A stretch of DNA of 60,555 bases. Origin: a virus. Position numbers and translations under genes: made by a program. The DNA is taken from IMG/VR virus record IMGVR_UViG_3300010400_000007. The stretch is one strand, 5' to 3'. This document shows, one piece after another, positions 24,860 through 32,749 of the stretch. The notes under the pieces are model-generated. The model saw only the letters and a list, made by a program, of their open reading frames with translations. It searched no databases and was not told where the DNA came from. Each line of letters begins with the position of its first letter. Position 1 is the first letter of the stretch.

Positions 24860-25892
24860 CTCCGCTATCCAGTGGTGCGACAAGGTCTGGAACCCGGTTC
24901 GCGGGTGCCGACGCGTCTCGCCTGGGTGCGAGCACTGCTACGCCGAGCGCCAGGCGCACCGCTTCTCCGGCGCCGGCCAGCCGTACGAGGGCCTCACCAA
25001 GTTGACGAAGCGCGGCCCCGTGTGGACGGGCGAGGCGCGCTTCGTCCCGGAGATGTTGGCGGCGCCGCTCTCCTGGAAGAAGCCCGCGCGCATCTTCGTG
25101 AACAGCATGAGCGACCTGTTCCACGAGGACGTCACCAACGAGCAGATCGCGGCGGTGTTCGGTGTTATGTGGGCGTGCCCGCAGCACACATTCCAGGTGC
25201 TCACGAAGCGACCCGAGCGCGCGGTCCGCTGGTTCGAGTCCATGCGATGGGCGCACGGCAATAGTCCGTTGACGGGCCCATCGCGGATGAGGGTCGACCC
25301 GCTCACATCGTGCCAGATTCTTGCGGGGCGGCTCGTGAAGCTCGGCGCGTACAATCTTGGGGAACGTCCACAAATCTGGCCGCTGCCCAACGTCTGGCTC
25401 GGCGTCAGCGTCGAGGACCAGCAGCGCGCCGACGAGCGCATCCCACCGCTGCTGCGGTGCCCCGCCGCAGTGCGCTTCGTCAGCGCCGAGCCGCTACTCG
25501 GACCGGTGGATCTCTCGTGCGTCGCGCTGCCCGAGAGCTGGCGCGTCGAAGACGACATCGCAGACTGCATCGACGCGCTGCGCTACGACCCAGCGCACAT
25601 CGACTGGGTGATCGCCGGCGGCGAGAGCGGGCCCGGCGCACGCCCCTGCTGCCTCAGCTGGCTGCGCAACATCGTGCACGACTGCGATGAGGCCAGCGTG
25701 CCCTGCTTCGTCAAGCAGCTCGGCGCCAAGCCCTACGAGGCGCGCGACGATGCGCCTGACGACGAAGGTCGGTGGGAGCCCGAAGCATGGCTCAACCTCG
25801 ACGATAAGAAGGGCGGCGATCCGGCGGAGTGGGTCGCGTTCGGCGAGAGCTACCTGAACGTGCGGCAGTTCCCGGAGGTGCGTCATGGCTGA
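24852..25892 (+). CDS. Phage Gp37/Gp68 family protein (DUF5131, three-Cys motif)
   Basis: N-terminus IQWCDKVWNPVRGCRRVSPGCEHCYAE..., IFVNSMSDLFHE, FQVLTKRPER and a GGESG segment are hallmarks of this family. Confidence 0.75.
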   Translation: MADSAIQWCDKVWNPVRGCRRVSPGCEHCYAERQAHRFSGAGQPYEGLTKLTKRGPVWTGEARFVPEMLAAPLSWKKPARIFVNSMSDLFHEDVTNEQIAAVFGVMWACPQHTFQVLTKRPERAVRWFESMRWAHGNSPLTGPSRMRVDPLTSCQILAGRLVKLGAYNLGERPQIWPLPNVWLGVSVEDQQRADERIPPLLRCPAAVRFVSAEPLLGPVDLSCVALPESWRVEDDIADCIDALRYDPAHIDWVIAGGESGPGARPCCLSWLRNIVHDCDEASVPCFVKQLGAKPYEARDDAPDDEGRWEPEAWLNLDDKKGGDPAEWVAFGESYLNVRQFPEVRHG

Positions 25893-26244
25893 CTTCAAGC
25901 CGAGCCAGGTCCTGCTCGACGTGATCCCGCTGGTCGCCACGATGGGCAAGGCCGAGGTGGAGTTCACCGCCGCTTATCTCGTGCGCGCACTCGTCGTGAA
26001 GGGTGACGAGTGGAAGGCGCTGTCACTCAGCGCCGTGGCCGATGTGGCGCGCGACGACATGACCGAGCAGCGCGAACCGATGCGCTACTGGGCAAACCCC
26101 TTCGTGCATCCCTCGCCGTGGCTGATGGTCGAGCGTGGGTTCGCCGTATTCGGTGAATCGCCGGAGGGGGAGACGATCGCTTTCACGGAGAAGGGCCTGG
26201 AGGCGATGCGGCGCTGGGTCCGCGCGGAGGCAGGCCGTGGCTGA
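25885..26244 (+). CDS. Hypothetical protein (119 aa)
   Basis: ATG at 25885 overlaps the upstream gene end. Balanced composition. Confidence 0.5.
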   Translation: MADFKPSQVLLDVIPLVATMGKAEVEFTAAYLVRALVVKGDEWKALSLSAVADVARDDMTEQREPMRYWANPFVHPSPWLMVERGFAVFGESPEGETIAFTEKGLEAMRRWVRAEAGRG

Positions 26245-26449
26245 GCCCACCGAGCGTGAGCACGAGCTCGCCCGCGCCCTCGACGCCCGCCAGCAGGAGC
26301 TCGAGCAGCTCGGCCTGACGCTCGATGAGCACACCGAGCGCAACTGCGCGGAGCTCGCCCACGCGCTGGCCGAGCATCGCGAGGAGGTCCTGCGCGGCCT
26401 CGAACAGAAGACTCCCGCGGCCGAGCCCGCGGGCAACGAAGGGGGCTGA
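26237..26449 (+). CDS. Hypothetical coiled-coil protein (70 aa, GTG start)
   Basis: VAEPTEREHELARALDARQQELEQLGLTLDEH... The upstream part of the tracked ORF is Arg-rich overlap. Confidence 0.4.
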   Translation: MAEPTEREHELARALDARQQELEQLGLTLDEHTERNCAELAHALAEHREEVLRGLEQKTPAAEPAGNEGG

Positions 26450-26450
26450 T

Positions 26451-26771
26451 GTGGGAGCGCTCAAAAAGCCGTTGGAGCAGATTCAGCCGAGCAAGCTGAT
26501 CGTGTGCACGCCCGAGGAGCTCCAGGCGCTGGTGCGCGTGGCCGTTCGGGCGGAGATGGGCGACCGGCAGCAAGCCGAAGAGCTGCCCGAGTACATGACC
26601 ACGCAGCAGGTCGCCGACCTGCTCCAGACGAGCACGCGCAACGTGCGCTACATGGTCACGCGCAAGGAGCTGCGCGCGACCCGTCTCGGCGAGCGCGAGT
26701 ACCGCTTCGCGCGCCCCGACGTGCTGGAGTACCTGGATCAGCAGCGCCTGAAAGCAGGCGCGGGCACGTGA
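26451..26771 (+). CDS. xis: Excisionase-like HTH_17 protein; start uncertain
   Basis: MTTQQVADLLQTSTRNVRYMVTRKELRATRLGEREYRFARPDVLEYL. Stop overlaps the integrase GTG. Confidence 0.6.
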   Translation: MGALKKPLEQIQPSKLIVCTPEELQALVRVAVRAEMGDRQQAEELPEYMTTQQVADLLQTSTRNVRYMVTRKELRATRLGEREYRFARPDVLEYLDQQRLKAGAGT

Positions 26772-28036
26772 CCGTCGGCGTCTACGACCGCGCGCTGCCG
26801 GGGCAGCGGCCGAACCTCTACATCCGCTACACGATCACGGAGGAGCTCCGGATCAAGCACGGGCTGACCGCTCGTAAGGTGCGCGAGCCAACGGGGCTCG
26901 GCGACAAGCGCGCCGCAGCGGCTCTGCGCTCGCAGCGCTTGCGCGAGGTGAAGGCGGGCACCTGGCAGCCGCTCGTCGACGGTTCGACGTCGGGCCTGAC
27001 CGTGCGCGCGCGGGCTGCAGAGCACATCGAGAAGCGCAAGGCCGACGGCGTGATCACCGCAGGCGACGAGGACCAGCGCCTGCGGGATTACGTGCTGCCG
27101 GTGATCGGAGACCGGCCGCTCGACAGCGTGCAGCGCCCGGACATCGCCGCGCTGATGGCGAAGGTGCAGCGCGAGCCGTCGAAACACACGGGCGAGCCCC
27201 ACGCGGCGCGCACGATCCACCGCATCTACGAGGCCGTGCGCATCCTCTTCAACGAAGCCGTGCTCGACGGGCTGCTGATCGCATCCCCGTGCACGCTGCG
27301 CATCAAGCGCGGCGAGCTCCCGCCGAAGAGGGACAAGGATCCGAACTGGCGAGCTCGCGCCATCTTCACTCGCGACGAGGTCGAGGTCCTGATCAGCGAC
27401 GAGCGCATCCCCCAGCGCCGGCGCGTGCTCTACGCGCTCGCGTTCCTCGGCGCGATGCGCCTGGGCGAGGTCTCGGGCCGCCGCTGGCAGGACTATGACC
27501 GCTCGTTCCGACCGCTGGGCCGCCTGGTGGTCAGCACGCAGTACGATGACCTGGCGCTCAAGGGCGAGCGCCCCACGCGCAGCGTGCCCGTACACACTGT
27601 GCTCGCCAAGCTGCTCGCGGAGTGGGAGCTCAACGGCTTCGCCCTCAACTTTGGGCGCCGCCCAACGCCTGACGACTTCATCGTGCCCAAGCGCAGCGTC
27701 GGCCGCACGATCGGCTTCACGCCCGGCGCGCAGCGCCAGCAGAACGTGTGGCGCAACCTGCAGATCGACCTCGAGAAGGTCGGCCTGCGGCCGCGGCGCG
27801 TGCACGACACGCGGCGCACCTTCATCACGCTCGCCAAGGCCGACGGCGCGGACAAATACCTGCTTCGGTGGGTCACGCATGGCCCGCCATCTGAAGACGC
27901 CTTCGACGACTACAACTCGCCGCCGTGGGAGACGCTGTGCGAGCAGGTTGCGAAGCTGCGGATTGGGCTGCGCGGCGCCGCGGACGTGGTGCCGATCGGG
28001 CGCAAGAAAGGACGTGACACCCATGCATCGCGATGA
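26768..28036 (+). CDS. int: Tyrosine integrase
   Basis: Catalytic-type residues in LGAMRLGEV (R), VHDTRRTF (HxxR), WVTHG, DDY. The N-terminal region could be an arm-binding domain. Confidence 0.85.
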   Translation: MTVGVYDRALPGQRPNLYIRYTITEELRIKHGLTARKVREPTGLGDKRAAAALRSQRLREVKAGTWQPLVDGSTSGLTVRARAAEHIEKRKADGVITAGDEDQRLRDYVLPVIGDRPLDSVQRPDIAALMAKVQREPSKHTGEPHAARTIHRIYEAVRILFNEAVLDGLLIASPCTLRIKRGELPPKRDKDPNWRARAIFTRDEVEVLISDERIPQRRRVLYALAFLGAMRLGEVSGRRWQDYDRSFRPLGRLVVSTQYDDLALKGERPTRSVPVHTVLAKLLAEWELNGFALNFGRRPTPDDFIVPKRSVGRTIGFTPGAQRQQNVWRNLQIDLEKVGLRPRRVHDTRRTFITLAKADGADKYLLRWVTHGPPSEDAFDDYNSPPWETLCEQVAKLRIGLRGAADVVPIGRKKGRDTHASR

Positions 28037-28262
28037 ACCACCGCGCGAGCCGCCGCCCGATGCATGGCAGCGGATCTGCGACTTCGGCCATCAGCTCTTC
28101 GTGGAGACGCAGCGCCGACACGGAGCCGCGGAGCACATCGTCTCCGCCGGCACGCTCGCAGCCGGCGTGGGCCTCATGAAAGCAACTGGCGCGAGCGAGG
28201 AAGAGGTCGTGCGCATCGCGCGCAAGCTGTACCGCCAGCTCAACTTCCGGCTGGTGTCGTAG
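28023..28262 (+). CDS. Hypothetical protein (79 aa) between int and attP
   Basis: ATG at 28023. MHRDEPPREPPPDAWQRICDFGHQLFVETQ... has realistic composition. Confidence 0.45.
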   Translation: MHRDEPPREPPPDAWQRICDFGHQLFVETQRRHGAAEHIVSAGTLAAGVGLMKATGASEEEVVRIARKLYRQLNFRLVS

Positions 28263-28337
28263 GGGAACGGCGGGGCACAAACCGGGGCACAGCAGCGGAA
28301 CAGGAGCCAGCGAGATGAATGAATCCAACTACTTGCA

Positions 28338-28372
28338 GGTGCCGAGGGCGGGACTCGAACCCGCCAACCATG
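28338..28372 (-). other. attP core candidate: 3' fragment of a tRNA gene (T arm plus acceptor 3' strand)
   Basis: Minus strand reads GGCGGGTTCGAGTCCCGCC-CTCGGC-A-CC. No matching 5' acceptor or anticodon arm upstream. About 300 bp downstream of int. Confidence 0.55.
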
Positions 28373-28440
28373 AGGGAATTCAGGGGAATTTAGCGGAAAC
28401 AGGGGAATCGACCGGGGGGTTCCCGCCCCCTGAAATTCCC
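28373..28440. repeat. GGGAAT(T) direct repeats (x3) plus inverted AATTCCC beside the attP core (candidate integrase/Xis arm sites)
   Basis: gagGGAATTcagGGGAATTtagcggaaacagGGGAATcgaccggggggttcccgccccctgaAATTCCC. Confidence 0.4.
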
Positions 28441-28479
28441 GAAGATCCCGAGGGTGAGCTGCAGGAGGGCACGCAGCCT

Positions 28480-28815
28480 GTGCCCCTGGGCGAGGGCTTG
28501 CCCGAGGTAGCGTGGGACGGGGACGGCCGCTGGTGCGGGGACGGCCCGGAGCCACCTGGTGGCTGTCCCGCGCTCGAGGTGGCGCACTGCTGCGTCGGCA
28601 TCGACCCCAGCCACCCTACCTGCGGCACCTTCGTTTGCCTCTGGTGCCGCCGCGCCGTGCCGTGGTGCTTCGGAGCCGGCGGAGACCACGGGCTCGACGG
28701 CCGCCTCTGTGACGACTGCTGCAGCGACCTGCACGAAGACGATGAGCCGGGCGAGCTGACCGGCTTGGCGCGCGCCCTCGACTTCATCGCGGGCACCGCA
28801 TCGGAGCAGCCATGA
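28480..28815 (+). CDS. Cys-rich small protein; start uncertain
   Basis: C-terminus CCVGIDPSHPTCGTFVCLWCRRAVPWCFG...LCDDCCSDLHEDDE. The tracked ATG at 28315 would translate through the tRNA fragment, so a later start is preferred. Confidence 0.35.
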   Translation: MPLGEGLPEVAWDGDGRWCGDGPEPPGGCPALEVAHCCVGIDPSHPTCGTFVCLWCRRAVPWCFGAGGDHGLDGRLCDDCCSDLHEDDEPGELTGLARALDFIAGTASEQP

Positions 28816-28979
28816 GGGCCGCGCCTAGGTTCCACCGCGCGCGGCACGCCGCGGACTGCAAGTTCCTGCTTGCCGCCGCCGGCCCCATCGGGATCGCATG
28901 TGATGACCACGGGCGCGATTGCTGCGCGGTGTGCGACCCATGCACCTGCGAGGCCTTCGGCCAGAAGGCCGCGTCATGA
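28812..28979 (+). CDS. Cys-rich micro-protein (55 aa)
   Basis: Hand translation MRAAPRFHRARHAADCKFLL...CDDHGRDCCAVCDPCTCEAFGQKAAS. ATGA coupling at both ends. Below the track size cutoff. Confidence 0.4.
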   Translation: MRAAPRFHRARHAADCKFLLAAAGPIGIACDDHGRDCCAVCDPCTCEAFGQKAAS

Positions 28980-29251
28980 CGTGGCCCGCAAAGCTCATCC
29001 CCGTCGAGGGCGCGATCAGCGACGTTGAGATCGGGCGCTTCGAGGACCTCAGCCCATTGATCGGCGGCGGCCATGTCGAGGTCGTCCGTATTCAGGGCGG
29101 CCGGCTCATCGTGGACGAGGAGGGGCTCCTGAAGGGCCTCGCCCGGAACGTCCGCGCCTCGGTCCTCTACGCCGGCGGGCACATCGTCGGCGACGTCCTG
29201 CTCTTCACCGAGCAAGCCTTCCAGGCCTTCGACCAGAGCCTGGCGCGATGA
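28976..29251 (+). CDS. DUF3846-like protein
   Basis: MTWPAKLIPVEGAISDVEIGRFEDLSPLIGGGHVEVVRIQGGRLIVDEEGLLKGL..N fits the DUF3846 pattern. Confidence 0.5.
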   Translation: MTWPAKLIPVEGAISDVEIGRFEDLSPLIGGGHVEVVRIQGGRLIVDEEGLLKGLARNVRASVLYAGGHIVGDVLLFTEQAFQAFDQSLAR

Positions 29252-29628
29252 CCCCCTTCCACCCAGATCAGCTGACGCTCGGCGACCTGCTCGCTCTGCT
29301 CGCCTGCCGGGACCCGGATCACCGGGTGTGGTTCGATTTCTGCAGCTTCCAGCCCACGCGGCTCGGGAGCTACCGAGGCTTCTACGAGCAGCTGGCGCTC
29401 GGGCATGAGGAGAGCACCATGAACGGTCCTCTTGTCCGCGGCTTGCTGGTGCAGCTGCGCAACGCCGTGGGCGCGACGTTCCATGGGTACAAGGGCGGCG
29501 CGTACGTCATGGGCCCGAGCACCCCCTTGTGGGTCGCCAATCCCGGCGACGCAGGCAGCACCGCCATCGTCGGGCTCGCCGACTGCTCCTGGGCGACCGT
29601 CATCCTCACCAGGTGGCTCGATGTCTAG
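29248..29628 (+). CDS. Hypothetical protein (126 aa)
   Basis: ATGA coupling. Balanced composition. Confidence 0.5.
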   Translation: MTPFHPDQLTLGDLLALLACRDPDHRVWFDFCSFQPTRLGSYRGFYEQLALGHEESTMNGPLVRGLLVQLRNAVGATFHGYKGGAYVMGPSTPLWVANPGDAGSTAIVGLADCSWATVILTRWLDV

Positions 29629-29863
29629 GCTCAGCCCCGAAGACGAGCGCGAGCTCCGGTTCTGCAGTCGCGCTGCGAAGATCACGATGCCCGGGGCGCT
29701 GCTCCGCGACGCTATCGCCGAGCTCGACGCTGCACGCGCTGCGCTGGCACGGGCGAACGTCTGCGAAGCGTGCGGCGACTGCCTCGAGCCCGTGCCACCG
29801 CGCTGCGAGCGGCACGTGCACACCGAGCCAGGCGACCCCGAGTGGACGATGGAGTCGCCATGA
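29621..29863 (+). CDS. Hypothetical protein (80 aa)
   Basis: ATG at 29621. CEACGDCLEPVPPRCERH motif. Confidence 0.45.
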   Translation: MSRLSPEDERELRFCSRAAKITMPGALLRDAIAELDAARAALARANVCEACGDCLEPVPPRCERHVHTEPGDPEWTMESP

Positions 29864-30192
29864 CGACGAAGCGCCTCGCCCCCGAGCGGGAAGCCGAACT
29901 CCGCGCATTCGTTGCTGGGGAGCACGCGAGCTTTGCCTGGCGCGAACTGTTCGACGAGATCGACGCCCTGCGCGCTCAGCTGGCGCACGAACTGGCGATG
30001 GATGTGATCCCTGTCGCGATGCGCGACGCAGAGCAACGCGGGCGCGAGGCCGAGCGCGCTGACGTCGTCGCGCATCTGAAAGCCCTAGCGGCGGGACTCG
30101 GCGCGAACCTCTTCGAGACGCACGCAAAGAACACCCTCGGCTTGGTTGCACGCCAAATCGGGCGCGGTGAGCACGTGAAGGGGCGCGGCTGA
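29860..30192 (+). CDS. Hypothetical protein (110 aa)
   Basis: ATG at 29860 (ATGA coupling). Helical composition. Confidence 0.5.
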   Translation: MTTKRLAPEREAELRAFVAGEHASFAWRELFDEIDALRAQLAHELAMDVIPVAMRDAEQRGREAERADVVAHLKALAAGLGANLFETHAKNTLGLVARQIGRGEHVKGRG

Positions 30193-31901
30193 TGCGCGAG
30201 CTCGTCTACCGCTGCCTCTTCCCCTTCGGCGGCTCCGGGAGCGGCGCTCGCGGATTTCTCGACGCCGCGATCACCCTCCCCGGCCTGGGCGTCTCGGCCC
30301 GCTTCGAGTGCGTGGGCGGGGTCGACCTGGACCCGCTGGCCTGCGCTGACTTCGAGTACCTCACGGGCACGCCCGAGCTCTGCTCGGATGTCGAGGCCCT
30401 GACGCCGGCCGATCTGCGCCAGCGCTTCGGCGCGCGCGCCCCGCACTGCGTGTTCCTGTCGCCGCCCTGCAAGGGCGCGTCAGGGCTGCTCTCGGCCGCC
30501 AAGTCGCGCACCAGCAAGTACGAGCGCATGAACGAGCTCGCGCTCGTCTGGACGCGGCTGATGCTGCAGGCGTGGGCGGGCGACCCGCCGCCGCTGGTGC
30601 TGCTCGAGAACGTGCCGCGGCTCAAGACCCGCGCCGCGAAGATGCTGCGCGAGGTGCGCCGGCTGCTGCGCGGCGCCGGCTACGTGCTGACCGACGGCTT
30701 CCACGACTGCGGCGAGCTCGGAGGGCTCGCGCAGCGCCGGCGCCGCTACCTGCTGGTGGCCCGGCACCCGCGGCGCTGCCCGCCGGTGCTCTACCAGCCG
30801 CCGAAGCGCCGCGTGCGCGGCTGCGGCGAGGTCCTCGGCGAGCTGCCCGTGCCGGGTACCGTCGACGCGCGCGCCTTCGGGAAGATGCACGAGCTGCCGC
30901 GCCTGAGCTGGCTGAACTGGGTCAGGCTCTCGCTCATCCCTGCCGGCGGCGACTGGCGCGACCTCGAGGGCGTACTGGCCGAGGGCCAGGCTCGGCGCGA
31001 GGCCTTCAAGCGGCACGCGGTGGAGGGCTGGGGCGAGCCGACGGGCACCGTGGGCGGGAGCGGCTCGAACGGGGTCGCGAACGTCGCTGATCCGCGAATT
31101 ACCGACCTGCGTCCGGACGGCAACTTGCGCAATTCAGCAAGTTGGGGCGGCGGACGACTAGGCATTACAGGTTGGCAGGAACCCGCAGGAACGGTCACCG
31201 GGCAGAGCCTCCCTAACAACGGCCGCTTCGCGGTGGGGGATCCGCGCTTCTCGCCGAGCAACGGCCGCCACTGGAACAAGTACGCGGTCGGCGCCTGGGA
31301 GGATCCGGCGCGCACAGTGATCGGCGCGATCCAGCCCGGCTCCGGTGGGCCCGGCGTCGCCGATCCGCGCGTGAGCAACGCGTTCGATGCCGGCTACGCG
31401 GTCCTCCGCTGGGAGGACGCCGCGCGCACGGTGGCTGGCAAGAGCGCTGTCGGCTGCGGCGCCTATGCGGTCGCGGACATCCGGGTCGGCTGCGAGCCGC
31501 GCGCCGGCGCCTACGGCGTGGTCCGCTGGGACGAGAGCGCGCGGACGATCACCGCCTCGCTCAACGTCGACAACGGCGCGGCCGCGGTGGCGGACCCGCG
31601 CCGGCCGCCGTCGTTCATCCCCGTGATCATCGCGGCCGACGACACCTGGCACCGGCCGCTGACCACGCTCGAGCTCGCCGCGCTGCAGGGCTTCCCGCTG
31701 CGCGTGCGCGGTGAGCCGCTGAAGCTCGCTGGCGACGGCCACTCGAAGTGGCGCGAGCGAATCGGCAACGCGGTGCCGGCGCCGGCTGCGCGCGCGATCG
31801 CAGAGAAGATGCTCGTCGCGCTCGCCGAGTCGTCGATCGGTGCGTTCTCACTCTCGGGCGAGGCGGTGTGGGTGCAGCCGGAAGCCGTGGCGCAGCGATG
31901 A
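30192..31901 (+). CDS. DNA (cytosine-5) methyltransferase with a five-fold repeated variable-region module
   Basis: Motif I FPFGGSGSGARGF, IV SPPCKGAS, VI LLENVPRL, VIII QRRRRYLL, IX-like LTTLELAALQGFP, X GNAVPAPAA. Residues 275-470 contain five W-[EDG]-[EDP]-x-x-[RG]-T-[VI]...V-[AG]-D-[PI]-R units. Confidence 0.85.
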   Translation: MRELVYRCLFPFGGSGSGARGFLDAAITLPGLGVSARFECVGGVDLDPLACADFEYLTGTPELCSDVEALTPADLRQRFGARAPHCVFLSPPCKGASGLLSAAKSRTSKYERMNELALVWTRLMLQAWAGDPPPLVLLENVPRLKTRAAKMLREVRRLLRGAGYVLTDGFHDCGELGGLAQRRRRYLLVARHPRRCPPVLYQPPKRRVRGCGEVLGELPVPGTVDARAFGKMHELPRLSWLNWVRLSLIPAGGDWRDLEGVLAEGQARREAFKRHAVEGWGEPTGTVGGSGSNGVANVADPRITDLRPDGNLRNSASWGGGRLGITGWQEPAGTVTGQSLPNNGRFAVGDPRFSPSNGRHWNKYAVGAWEDPARTVIGAIQPGSGGPGVADPRVSNAFDAGYAVLRWEDAARTVAGKSAVGCGAYAVADIRVGCEPRAGAYGVVRWDESARTITASLNVDNGAAAVADPRRPPSFIPVIIAADDTWHRPLTTLELAALQGFPLRVRGEPLKLAGDGHSKWRERIGNAVPAPAARAIAEKMLVALAESSIGAFSLSGEAVWVQPEAVAQR

Positions 31902-32248
31902 GTACCCAGCTGCCCATCCACGTCGGCCGCCCAGGCGAGCGCGACCCGGACAGCCCGTGCGAGGGGTTCAAACCCGGCAAGCCGGGCCTACGTGGCGAGT
32001 GCGGCACGGACGGTCACTACCTCTGCGACGAGTGCACGGAGCGCAAGACATGCTCGGGGTGTGGCAAGCGGCCGATGCACTGCGGGTGCGAGCGCTGCGA
32101 CTATTGCCGGCGATACCCACCTGGCAGCTCGTGCCTGGGCGCGTTCGAGCTGGCGTGCCAATGCACAGCGGACCGATGCGCTGAGTGCCGACAGCTGCAC
32201 CGGTTCTGCGAGTGCGAGCACGATATTGAGGTGCCGTACTCGTGCTGA
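31898..32248 (+). CDS. Cys-rich protein (116 aa, over 20 Cys)
   Basis: ATG at 31898 (ATGA coupling). CDECTERKTCSGCGKRPMHCGCERCDYCRR...CQCTADRCAECRQLHRFCECEH. Confidence 0.55.
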   Translation: MSTQLPIHVGRPGERDPDSPCEGFKPGKPGLRGECGTDGHYLCDECTERKTCSGCGKRPMHCGCERCDYCRRYPPGSSCLGAFELACQCTADRCAECRQLHRFCECEHDIEVPYSC

Positions 32249-32261
32249 GGAACGCCTACCC

Positions 32262-32519
32262 ATGAGTCGCGCACCCGAAGGCGCCGAAGTCGGCCTCTAC
32301 GTCGACCTGCTCGCGCGCGTGCGCGTGGGGCACGTGATCCAGACGCAGACCGGTCGCCGCTACGGCGTGGTCTCGGTGCGCGTTCAGGAGCGCGGAATCC
32401 ACGCCGGGCGGCAGCACCTGCGGTGCGTGGTGCTCGGGCCCGACACGGAGCTCGCGCGCGGCACCAAGGTCCACACGATCCACTGGTACAAGCGCGGCCG
32501 CGCGCGGAGGGCAGCATGA
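32262..32519 (+). CDS. Hypothetical protein (85 aa)
   Basis: ATG at 32262 preceded by GAGGA. Confidence 0.5.
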   Translation: MSRAPEGAEVGLYVDLLARVRVGHVIQTQTGRRYGVVSVRVQERGIHAGRQHLRCVVLGPDTELARGTKVHTIHWYKRGRARRAA

Positions 32520-32749
32520 CCCGCCGCTGGTTCCACCAAAGCCCCGACGAGCGCGCGCGCCAGAAGGCGATGGAGGCTTTCCTTAGCGCCGCCCACGCCC
32601 TGTGCGGGTACGACCCCGACGGCGTCACGGCGGCGATCCTTTACGGCTCGCTGGGCCTCGTGCGCCTGATGCCGCTGTGCACGCACGCCGTGATCGAGAA
32701 AGCGATGGCGGTGGTGCGCGACGCGCAGGAAGGCAGGTCGGCATCATGA
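32516..32749 (+). CDS. Hypothetical protein (77 aa)
   Basis: ATGA coupling. MTRRWFHQSPDERARQKAMEAFL... Confidence 0.5.
   Translation: MTRRWFHQSPDERARQKAMEAFLSAAHALCGYDPDGVTAAILYGSLGLVRLMPLCTHAVIEKAMAVVRDAQEGRSAS

Noticed and set aside
28338-28420. A complete tRNA gene at the attP candidate
   Set aside because: Only the T arm and acceptor 3' strand are present. No GCCGAGG 5' acceptor strand, D arm or anticodon arm can be found upstream on the minus strand.
28315-28479. ATG at 28315 as the start of the 166-aa ORF
   Set aside because: The first ~50 codons translate through the tRNA-fragment/attP core and the GGGAAT repeats (..VPRAGLEPANHEG..). A downstream start is more plausible.
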